Source: an uncultured Clostridia bacterium
GTDB taxonomy: Bacteria; Bacillota; Clostridia; Christensenellales; CAG-917
Assembly (NCBI GenBank): GCA_944349635.1
Contig: CALVNH010000001.1
Location: 435,688-499,687 of the forward strand
Reading direction: 5' to 3'
Length of the DNA: 64,000 bases
In this document: piece after piece, positions 33,684 through 41,970 of the stretch
Layout of the letters: each line of letters starts with the position of its first letter
How positions within the stretch are numbered: position 1 is the stretch's first letter
Notes under the pieces: generated by a model
Told to the model about the DNA's origin: nothing
What the model saw: the letters and a program-made list of their open reading frames with translations, nothing else
The model's database searches: none
Position numbers and translations under genes: made by a program

Positions 33684-33930
33684 GTTGCATAATAGCACCG
33701 CAAAATTTTGTTGTCAAGCGGTTTTTGTTAAAAAAATCAAAAATTTTTTGAAAACCTCCCAAAAAGCCCACAAAAGTGAAAAAAATTATTAAAATAAAAT
33801 TAAAAATTTGTAAATTTGAAAGTGTAGCCGCGCTGCGAAACCGCCGAAAAGGTGAGGTAGAAATCCGAAAAACTTTCCGAAAAAGGCTTTTCCGTAGTGC
33901 AAAACGCTCGGACGCAAAATTTTTCGCAAA

Positions 33931-33975
33931 GAAAAAAGCCGTTTAGAATGCGGAAAACATTCCGAACGGCTTTTT
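33931..33975 (-). terminator. Terminator after trxB
   Basis: AAAAAAGCCGTT...AACGGCTTTTT inverted repeat just past the trxB stop. Confidence 0.65.
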
Positions 33976-33996
33976 GCATAGTTGTCAATGGAAGAG

Positions 33997-34893
33997 TCAG
34001 GAAAGATATTTGATAACGCTTTCCGCGGCAACGGCTCCGTCCGCCGCGGCCGTCACCACCTGGCGCAACGGTTTTTTTCTCACGTCGCCCGCGGCAAACA
34101 CGCCGTCGAGATTGGTTCTCATCTCGTCGTCGGTGAGGATATATCCCTTGTCGTCGGCGGCGATGCCGTCGAGAAATTCCACGGAAGGTTTTTGTCCCAC
34201 GGCGACGAACAGTCCGTTGACATGCAGAGTGCTTTCCTCTCCCGTCTTGACGTTGCGGACGGTCACCGATTGAAGTCTGTCGTCGCCTTCTATGCGCGTA
34301 ACGACGCTGTTCCAAAGGACGTTTATACCGCCGTCGCACACTTTGTCGGCGAGAACTGCGGAGGCGCGCAGAGCGTCGCGTCTGTGTATGAGCCAGACTT
34401 CGGAGGCGAATTTTTTGAGATACAGAGCGTCTTCCGCCGCCGTATTTCCGCCTCCGACCACGGCAACGGGCTTGTTTTTGAAAAATGCCCCGTCGCAGGT
34501 CGCGCAGTAGGACACCCCTCTTCCCGTGAACTCGTCTTCGTTTGCGATTCCGAGTTTCCCGGGGCGCGCTCCCGTGGCGACAATCAGGGTCTTTGCTTCC
34601 AGAGTTCCGCTTGTCGTTTCCACGCGCTTGACGTCTCCTTCGGGAATGACCGCGGTAACCGTTTCGTAAACGATGCCGGCACCTGCGTTTTCGCACTGTG
34701 TGCGCATGAGTTCCGTCAGTTCGAAGCCGTTGACGGACGAGAATCCGGGATAGTTCTCTATTTCGGCGGTAAGCGCCGCTTGACCTCCTGCGGCGCGGTT
34801 TTCCACCACGACGGCGTTCAGTCCGCCGCGTGCGGCGTAAATTCCCGCCGTGAGCCCCGCGGGACCCGCTCCGAGTATGATTACATCGTACAT
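33997..34893 (-). CDS. trxB: Thioredoxin reductase
   Basis: GAGPAGLTA, VSYCATCDG, GGGNTA, HRRD and FAAGD. Confidence 0.95.
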   Translation of the reverse strand: MYDVIILGAGPAGLTAGIYAARGGLNAVVVENRAAGGQAALTAEIENYPGFSSVNGFELTELMRTQCENAGAGIVYETVTAVIPEGDVKRVETTSGTLEAKTLIVATGARPGKLGIANEDEFTGRGVSYCATCDGAFFKNKPVAVVGGGNTAAEDALYLKKFASEVWLIHRRDALRASAVLADKVCDGGINVLWNSVVTRIEGDDRLQSVTVRNVKTGEESTLHVNGLFVAVGQKPSVEFLDGIAADDKGYILTDDEMRTNLDGVFAAGDVRKKPLRQVVTAAADGAVAAESVIKYLS

Positions 34894-35125
34894 GTTCACC
34901 TCTTTCCGCTCCGCGGGGGAGAGGAAGTCACGAACCTCTCCCTGCGGGCGCATATTCAGTATATTTTGAAAGCGCCGTTTAGTCAATATTTTGTCCGCAC
35001 CGCGGCGTGTTGAGAAAAAATCCTTTACAAACTGTCGATTAAAATCTATAATATCAATTTATAAAGGCTATATTACGGCGCGCACGAGCGCAACGACGTG
35101 CGGCGCGCGGATTCAGGAAGGTTAT

Positions 35126-36520
35126 ATGGATTATGTGCAAGTGTCCGAAATTTTATCGGACGGCAAAAAATTTCTTGGCAGTCAGGTGAAGGTGGCGGGC
35201 TGGGTGAGAACGGCTCGCGACAGCAAGACGATGGCGTTTTTGGCACTCAACGACGGCAGCAGTCTGAAACATCTGCAAATTGTCGTCAACAAGGCGGAAT
35301 TCGACCAGGCGGCGCTTGCGGCGTGTCTGAAAAACGGAGTTTCCGTTGAAGCGGAGGGCACCGTCGTTGTCGCGATGAACGACGAGAACGGCTTTGAACT
35401 CAACGCGCTTTCTCTCGCATTGCTGGGCGACTGTCCGTCGGATTATCCTTTGCAGAAAAAGCACCACAGCCTGGAATTTTTGCGCACGGTGCCTCATCTG
35501 CGCGTCAGGACCAACACTTTCAACGCTATGCTCCGCGTGAGGAGCAAACTGAGTTTTGCGTTGCACAGGTTTTTCCAGGAAAACGGTTACACCTACATTC
35601 ACACGCCCATAATCACGGGCAGCGACTGTGAAGGCGCGGGCGAGATTTTCCGCGTCACCACCAAAAACTACGCGGACGCAAAAACCGCGCAGGACGAAGC
35701 GGAGTATATAGCGACGGACTTTTTCAGAAGAAAAGCGGGTCTCACGGTTTCGGGGCAACTGGAAGGCGAAGTCGCCGCGATGGCGATGGGCAAGATTTAC
35801 ACTTTCGGGCCCACATTCCGCGCGGAGAACAGCAACACGCCCCGTCACGCGGCGGAGTTCTGGCAAATCGAACCCGAAGTCGCGTTTGCCAAGTTGCCCG
35901 ACATCATCAAGATTGCCGAAAGCATGATAAAGTACGTCATCAAGGCGTTGCTTGACGAGTGCCCCGAGGAAATCGCATTTTTCGAAAAAGCGTTCGAAAA
36001 TGGGTTGCGCGAGAAACTGGAAAAAGTCGTGTCCAGCGATTTTGCCGTGCTCGATTACACCGACGCGGTGGAAATTCTGAAAAAGGCGGGAGACAGATTC
36101 TCTTATCCCGTGGAATGGGGACTCGATTTGCAGACGGAGCACGAGAGATACATCACGGAAGAAGTGATGGGCAAGCCCGTATTCGTCATCAATTATCCGA
36201 AGAAGATAAAGAGTTTTTACATGAAGCAGAACGATGACGGCAAGACCGTTGCCGCAACGGATTTGCTGGTGCCCGGCGTGGGTGAAATCATCGGTTGCAG
36301 CGAGAGAGAATCCGACCTCGACAAGCTCATGGCGGCGATGACGGAGAGGGGAATGAACCTCGACGATTACAAAGGGTATATGGAACTGCGCAAGTACGGC
36401 ACGGTGCCGCACAGCGGTTTCGGTCTGGGACTGGAAAGAATACTGATGTACGTCACGGGCATCGGAAACATTCGCGACGTACAGCTATACAGCCGCACCT
36501 CGGGTGACCTTATGGCGTGA
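35126..36520 (+). CDS. asnS: Asparagine--tRNA ligase
   Basis: LTVSGQLEGE, FGPTFRAENSNTPRHAAEFW and PHSGFGLGLER. Confidence 0.96.
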   Translation: MDYVQVSEILSDGKKFLGSQVKVAGWVRTARDSKTMAFLALNDGSSLKHLQIVVNKAEFDQAALAACLKNGVSVEAEGTVVVAMNDENGFELNALSLALLGDCPSDYPLQKKHHSLEFLRTVPHLRVRTNTFNAMLRVRSKLSFALHRFFQENGYTYIHTPIITGSDCEGAGEIFRVTTKNYADAKTAQDEAEYIATDFFRRKAGLTVSGQLEGEVAAMAMGKIYTFGPTFRAENSNTPRHAAEFWQIEPEVAFAKLPDIIKIAESMIKYVIKALLDECPEEIAFFEKAFENGLREKLEKVVSSDFAVLDYTDAVEILKKAGDRFSYPVEWGLDLQTEHERYITEEVMGKPVFVINYPKKIKSFYMKQNDDGKTVAATDLLVPGVGEIIGCSERESDLDKLMAAMTERGMNLDDYKGYMELRKYGTVPHSGFGLGLERILMYVTGIGNIRDVQLYSRTSGDLMA

Positions 36521-36539
36521 GGACGGAAAAGGAGAAACT

Positions 36540-37550
36540 ATGCATCTTATAACGTTGCCTGCAAAATACGAGCAGAAGATGAGCATTCGCGAAACGGAGA
36601 AAGCCATCAAATTCGTCAAGGACGCGTTTCAAAGAAATTTTGTAAAGAATTTCGGATTCGAACGCGTGTCCGCACCTCTTTTCGTGTGGAGCAAAAGCGG
36701 AATCAACGACGATTTGAACGGAGTAGAGAGACCCGTCCGTTTCGATATTCTGGAACAGGGCGGCCGCGAGGCCGAAATCGTGCATTCTCTTGCGAAATGG
36801 AAGAGAACGGCGCTCAAAAAATACGGATTCCGCAACGGTGAAGGTCTTTACACCGACATGAACGCCATTCGCCGCGACGACAAGTGCGACAACACTCACT
36901 CCATTTACGTCGACCAGTGGGACTGGGAAATGGTGATAACCAAGGAACAGCGCACGCCCGAATTTCTCAAAATGGTGGTGCAACGCATAGTCGGCGCAAT
37001 AGTCGACACTCTCGAGGAGACAAAAAAGGCGTTTCCCGCAGTCGACCTCACACTTGGCAGAGAAGTCAAGTTCGTCACCACGCAGGAACTGCTTGACGAG
37101 TTCCCGAACCTGGACGCGCATTCCAGAGAGACGGAAATCGCAAAGCGTTACGGCACGGTGTTCCTTATGAACATCGGCGGCGCGCTGTCCGACGGCAAGC
37201 CGCACGACGGCAGAGCTCCCGATTACGACGATTGGAGCCTGAACGGCGACATACTCTTTTACGACGAAGTGCTGGGCGAGAGTCTGGAAATTTCTTCCAT
37301 GGGCATTCGCGTCGACGCCGAAAGTCTCAAACGTCAGCTGGAAATCGCCGGTGCCACGGACAGGCTTTCCCACAGCTATCACCGTGACGTGATGTCGGGA
37401 GAACTGCCCCTCACGATTGGCGGGGGAATCGGGCAGTCCAGACTGTGCATGTTGTTGCTTCAAAAGGCGCACGTCGGAGAGGTGCAGGTCAGTCTCTGGC
37501 CCGACGAAATGCGCTCCGAATGCGAAAAGACGGGCATACGCCTGCTGTAA
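36540..37550 (+). CDS. asnA: Aspartate--ammonia ligase
   Basis: VHSLAKWKR, YVDQWDWE, RAPDYDDW and TIGGGIGQSR. Confidence 0.96.
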   Translation: MHLITLPAKYEQKMSIRETEKAIKFVKDAFQRNFVKNFGFERVSAPLFVWSKSGINDDLNGVERPVRFDILEQGGREAEIVHSLAKWKRTALKKYGFRNGEGLYTDMNAIRRDDKCDNTHSIYVDQWDWEMVITKEQRTPEFLKMVVQRIVGAIVDTLEETKKAFPAVDLTLGREVKFVTTQELLDEFPNLDAHSRETEIAKRYGTVFLMNIGGALSDGKPHDGRAPDYDDWSLNGDILFYDEVLGESLEISSMGIRVDAESLKRQLEIAGATDRLSHSYHRDVMSGELPLTIGGGIGQSRLCMLLLQKAHVGEVQVSLWPDEMRSECEKTGIRLL

Positions 37551-37592
37551 AGACAACCGCGCGGCGTTTGCGCCGCGAAACGAGAGGATAAA

Positions 37593-39335
37593 ATGGAACT
37601 CAGAACACACACTTGCGGAGAACTCCGCGAAAGCAACGTCGGAGAAAAGGTCAGACTTGCGGGTTGGCTTTCCTCCTCGCGCGACCTCGGCGCGGTAATA
37701 TTCTTCGTGCTGAGAGATTTCTACGGCTATACGCAGGCCGTGGTGTCTTCCGAGGAGCAGAAGGAATTTGTCCGCTCCATTCCCAGGGAATCCACGGTTT
37801 CCGTGGAGGGCACGGTCATAAAGAGAAGCGCGCCCAATCCCGATATGCCCACGGGAATGATTGAGGTCGTTCCCGATAAAATCGAAATTCTCGGCAAATG
37901 CTACGAACAGCTGCCTTTCGAAGTGGCGACTTCCACTCAGTCCAGAGAGGATACGAGACTGAAATACCGTTTCCTGGATTTGAGGAATCCGGAAGTCAAG
38001 GACAAAATAGTTTTCCGCGCAAAAGTCGTCAGCTGGTTGCGCCGCAAAATGACGGACATGGGATTTTTGGAAATCACCACCCCCATTCTCACCAGTTCGT
38101 CGCCCGAAGGAGCGAGGGACTTCATCGTGCCGTCCAGACTGCACCCCGGAAAGTTCTATGCCTTGCCGCAGGCTCCGCAGCAGTACAAGCAGCTGCTCAT
38201 GGCATCCGGATTCGACAGATATTTCCAGATTGCCCCCTGCTTCCGCGACGAGGACGCGAGAGCGGACAGAAGCCCCGGCGAGTTCTATCAGCTGGACACG
38301 GAAATGTGCTTCGCAACGCAGGAGGACGTGTTCGCCGTTATGGAAGAAGTGCTGACGGGCGTGTTCTCCGCGTTCAGCGACTGGAAGGTGGACAAAGGCC
38401 CTTATCGCAGAATCAAATATACCGACGCAATGCGCGACTACGGCACGGATAAGCCCGATTTGCGCAATCCGCTCATCATAAAAGACGTCACGGACATTCT
38501 GACGGGCAAGGCTCCCTTCTTCGAGGCCGGCAAGAAAATCAAAGCCGTCGGGGTGGAGAATTTCGGAGAAACGAGAAAGTTCATCGACGGACTTGCCGAG
38601 AAATGCAAATTGAACGGCGCGTCCGGAATGTACTGGTTCAAGATGGACGAAAAGGGTGAACTCGCGGGCGGAATCGCGAAATTCGCGGCGGAGTGCAAGG
38701 ACGCTCTTGCGGAACGTCTCGGACTCAAACCCGGCTCCTTTGCGGCGATAATCGCAGAGGAAAAGGACGCCGAAAAACAGGCGGGGTATCTGCGTACGGA
38801 ACTCGGCGTCGGGTTGGATTTGCTGGAAAAGAATGCTTATCGCTTCTGTTGGATTGTGGATTTCCCGATGTACGAATACGACGAAGAGGGCAATCTCACG
38901 TTCTGTCACAATCCGTTCAGTATGCCGCAGGGCGGACTGGACGCGCTGAACAACGAGAATCCTCTCGACATTCTCGCCTATCAGTACGACAGCGTGGTCA
39001 ACGGCGTGGAACTCAGCTCCGGCGCGGTTAGAAACCACGAGCCCGCCATAATGGAAAAGGCGTTCGAAATCGCAGGTTACGGCAAAGAGGTCATCGAACA
39101 GAAGTTTTCGGCGCTCTACAACGCATTCAAGTTCGGTGCGCCGCCTCACGCGGGCATCGCTCCCGGCGTTGACAGAATCGTCATGTTGCTGGCGCAGGAG
39201 ACCAGCATCAGGGAAGTCATCGTATTCCCGATGGACAGAAACGCAAGAGACATTCTCATGGGTGCGCCTTCGGAAGTCACGGACAAACAACTTCGCGACG
39301 TGCACATCAAGCTGGACCTCCCGAAAGAGGGTTGA
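37593..39335 (+). CDS. aspS: Aspartate--tRNA ligase
   Basis: RTHTCGEL, YRFLDLR, PEGARDF, CFRDED and GAPPHAG. Confidence 0.96.
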   Translation: MELRTHTCGELRESNVGEKVRLAGWLSSSRDLGAVIFFVLRDFYGYTQAVVSSEEQKEFVRSIPRESTVSVEGTVIKRSAPNPDMPTGMIEVVPDKIEILGKCYEQLPFEVATSTQSREDTRLKYRFLDLRNPEVKDKIVFRAKVVSWLRRKMTDMGFLEITTPILTSSSPEGARDFIVPSRLHPGKFYALPQAPQQYKQLLMASGFDRYFQIAPCFRDEDARADRSPGEFYQLDTEMCFATQEDVFAVMEEVLTGVFSAFSDWKVDKGPYRRIKYTDAMRDYGTDKPDLRNPLIIKDVTDILTGKAPFFEAGKKIKAVGVENFGETRKFIDGLAEKCKLNGASGMYWFKMDEKGELAGGIAKFAAECKDALAERLGLKPGSFAAIIAEEKDAEKQAGYLRTELGVGLDLLEKNAYRFCWIVDFPMYEYDEEGNLTFCHNPFSMPQGGLDALNNENPLDILAYQYDSVVNGVELSSGAVRNHEPAIMEKAFEIAGYGKEVIEQKFSALYNAFKFGAPPHAGIAPGVDRIVMLLAQETSIREVIVFPMDRNARDILMGAPSEVTDKQLRDVHIKLDLPKEG

Positions 39336-39465
39336 TTCGGTTAAAACGGCGGCAACCGACGACAGAGGTTGCAAAAAACTTTCAAATCTAATATAATTTC
39401 CGTGCCCGTAAAGAAGCGCAATCCGCGGCGGGTGCGAATGCAGTCCTCACGGACAGGAGAACGGT

Positions 39466-40959
39466 ATGAACAAAAAAAGAGTGTTATCAGTATTGGCGGC
39501 AATAACCGTGCTTGTGATTGCGGTGACGGCTCTTGTTGCCTGTGACCACTACAAGTGGAATTCCGTCGGTGCGGGAGATTCTTCGGCGGCGGTGGTTTCC
39601 AACGGCGGCTATTACGTCGAACAGGGCAAGTACGTCTACTTCATCAACGGCTACGTCGGCGACGGCGCCGCCAACGAATGGGGCACGCCCTACAAGCAGA
39701 GTATTATGCGCGCCGAGAAAAACGCGGACGGCTCCGTCAACAACGATACCGCGACGGTCGTGGTGCCGAAGAGCATTTACAATACAAGCGTCAACGGCGG
39801 GTTTGCGGTGTTCGGAGAATGGATTTATTATGCCACGCCCAACAGCGACAAGGACAAGTCCGGCACGGCAAGCACCACCAACACCGACTTCATGCGCACC
39901 AGAACGGACGGTGCCATCACGCAGAAAATCGCCACCATCAACACCCGCACCAGCGAATATCTTTTCACTCCCACCCGCGTGTTGTACCGCACCGACACCT
40001 CGACGGTGTATTACATCGATTTCTCCGGTATGCCCACCAACAGGAGCGTGAACAACGGCAAAGATGCGGTTCACGGCACGTTGATTTCCAACGCGACGAG
40101 CATTGCGTGGGGATATGACGTTCAATGGAATCCCCAGGCCGGTGCCGTGGCAAGCGATTATATCTTCTTTACCGAAAGCCTGACGGGGGACGACAGCTAC
40201 AAGTTCTACAACAATCTCTGCGCGATAAAATACGACGGCACGGACAAGCGCGTGCTTGCGACGTACAACTCCTATTTCGGAGAGGGCGACAGCGAAGAAT
40301 CCACGCCCGACAAGGTGTACAACTTCACCGTTCAGAAAGTGGCGTTCAATGCCGACGATACCGCGACGTTGTATTACACGAAAAAGATAAACAGCACCAC
40401 AAACGCCGATAAAGGACTTTACAGCAACGTTTTCAGTCTTAAAGACGGGTTTTCGGCAACTGCCGAGAAACAGGTTTCCGCAACGGCGGTCACCACGTTT
40501 TATCCTCTCGGAGGTGACAAGGGTGTTTTCGCGACGCAGAACAGCGCGGTGTATTACGTAAACGGCAACACCAATTTCTCCGAGCAGAGCAAAGTGATAG
40601 GCGCGGACAAGAAAGCCACCGTGCTCTATGTCGAAGAGGTGTCCGACGGCGTTTATGTCTATTACAAGGACAGCACGGGCACCGCATTGTACCGCATTAA
40701 GGTTGCCCTTGCCGCCGACGGCAAGGTGACGGCGCTCAAAAACGAGGAAACCGTCGTTGCCACGGGCGTGAAGACGGATTGGCTCAATCCCGAATTCTGC
40801 GGCGGAGCCTTCTATTACTTCGATACGGAAGACTACAACTATGTCCACCGCGTGAATCTTTCCGCGTTTGACGGCAATTCCGACAAGGGTACGCTCATAG
40901 GAAAGATGACGGAAGAGGACGCGAAAGCCAAAGAGGAAGCCGAAAAAAACAAGGCTTGA
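39466..40959 (+). CDS. Lipoprotein, probable beta-propeller (DUF5050-like)
   Basis: LVAC lipobox; repeated YVYFIN / WIYY / YIFF / YVYY blade-like motifs. Confidence 0.6.
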   Translation: MNKKRVLSVLAAITVLVIAVTALVACDHYKWNSVGAGDSSAAVVSNGGYYVEQGKYVYFINGYVGDGAANEWGTPYKQSIMRAEKNADGSVNNDTATVVVPKSIYNTSVNGGFAVFGEWIYYATPNSDKDKSGTASTTNTDFMRTRTDGAITQKIATINTRTSEYLFTPTRVLYRTDTSTVYYIDFSGMPTNRSVNNGKDAVHGTLISNATSIAWGYDVQWNPQAGAVASDYIFFTESLTGDDSYKFYNNLCAIKYDGTDKRVLATYNSYFGEGDSEESTPDKVYNFTVQKVAFNADDTATLYYTKKINSTTNADKGLYSNVFSLKDGFSATAEKQVSATAVTTFYPLGGDKGVFATQNSAVYYVNGNTNFSEQSKVIGADKKATVLYVEEVSDGVYVYYKDSTGTALYRIKVALAADGKVTALKNEETVVATGVKTDWLNPEFCGGAFYYFDTEDYNYVHRVNLSAFDGNSDKGTLIGKMTEEDAKAKEEAEKNKA

Positions 40960-41031
40960 CGAATCGTTGAAAAAGGCGGAACGCTCCGCCTTTTTTAATG
41001 CGGAGCGGTGTATGCGCAAAGCGAGGGAAAA

Positions 41032-41751
41032 ATGACTGTACTTGTTACGGGAGGAAGCAGGGGAATAGGCGCGGCAACGGTCAGGGCGTTTGCGGACAGC
41101 GAAAACGTGGCTTTTACGTACAATGCTTCCGAAGAAAGCGCGACGTTGCTGGAAAAGCAGTTGCGTGCGTTCGGTAAAAACGCGTCGGCTTTCCGTTGCG
41201 ACGTAACGTCTGCGGAGTCCGTGCAACGGCTTTGTTCCGACGTGAAGAAACGTTTCGGCGCCGTGGACGTAATCGTAAATTGTGCGGGCATTGCCGACAG
41301 GAGACTTTTTCAGGATTACACCGACGACGCCTGGCGCAAGCTGTTCGACGTAAACTGCGACGGCGCGTTCAGAGTGACGAGAGCATTTTTGCCCGACATG
41401 ATTGGAAGGAAGCGCGGAAGCGTAATCAACGTGTCGTCGGTTTGGGGAGTCGTGGGCGCAAGCACGGAAACGGCTTATTCCGCATCCAAAGCCGCATTGA
41501 TAGGCATGACACGCGCGCTTGCAAAAGAGGTTGCGCCGTCCGGGGTCAGAGTCAATGCCGTGGCTCCCGGTGTGGTCGACACGGATATGATGAGCGGTTA
41601 CGGCAAAGAGGAGAGAAACGCTCTCTGCGAGAGCATTCCTTTGGGCAGATTTGCCGCACCCGAAGAAATAGCTTCCGCCATAGTGTTTCTTGCGAAGCAT
41701 CCGTATATAACGGGACAGGTTCTCACGGTGGACGGCGGGTTTACTCTGTAA
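41032..41751 (+). CDS. SDR oxidoreductase, FabG/YmfI-like
   Basis: TGGSRGIG, NCAG and SSVWGVVGASTETAYSASK (SxWG...GASxE pattern recalled from YmfI-like proteins). Confidence 0.85.
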   Translation: MTVLVTGGSRGIGAATVRAFADSENVAFTYNASEESATLLEKQLRAFGKNASAFRCDVTSAESVQRLCSDVKKRFGAVDVIVNCAGIADRRLFQDYTDDAWRKLFDVNCDGAFRVTRAFLPDMIGRKRGSVINVSSVWGVVGASTETAYSASKAALIGMTRALAKEVAPSGVRVNAVAPGVVDTDMMSGYGKEERNALCESIPLGRFAAPEEIASAIVFLAKHPYITGQVLTVDGGFTL

Positions 41752-41895
41752 AGAGCAAGCGGCCGGCCGGCGCGCGCGGGATGCGCGCGCTTTTTATTTT
41801 CTTGCTTTAATTTATGTGCGGTTTTAATTTCAAATAAACAATAAGAAAGACCATAATACGATATTAAATGGAGCCGTTCGCGAAGGGGAGCGTAT

Positions 41896-41924
41896 TGACA
41901 GGCGGAAGTTAATGCAATATAATT
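41896..41924 (+). promoter_or_regulatory. Consensus sigA promoter of the large lipoprotein gene
   Basis: TTGACA-17-TATAAT. Confidence 0.8.
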
Positions 41925-41970
41925 ATGCTGTCGGAAAATATTCCGCAGAACAATTTTATCAGGAGGCAAT

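Noticed and set aside
36510-39374. Very long antisense ORFs (954 aa here; also 14927..17131, 19662..21542, 39487..41700)
   Set aside because: Shadow frames of real genes caused by codon bias; no protein motifs.
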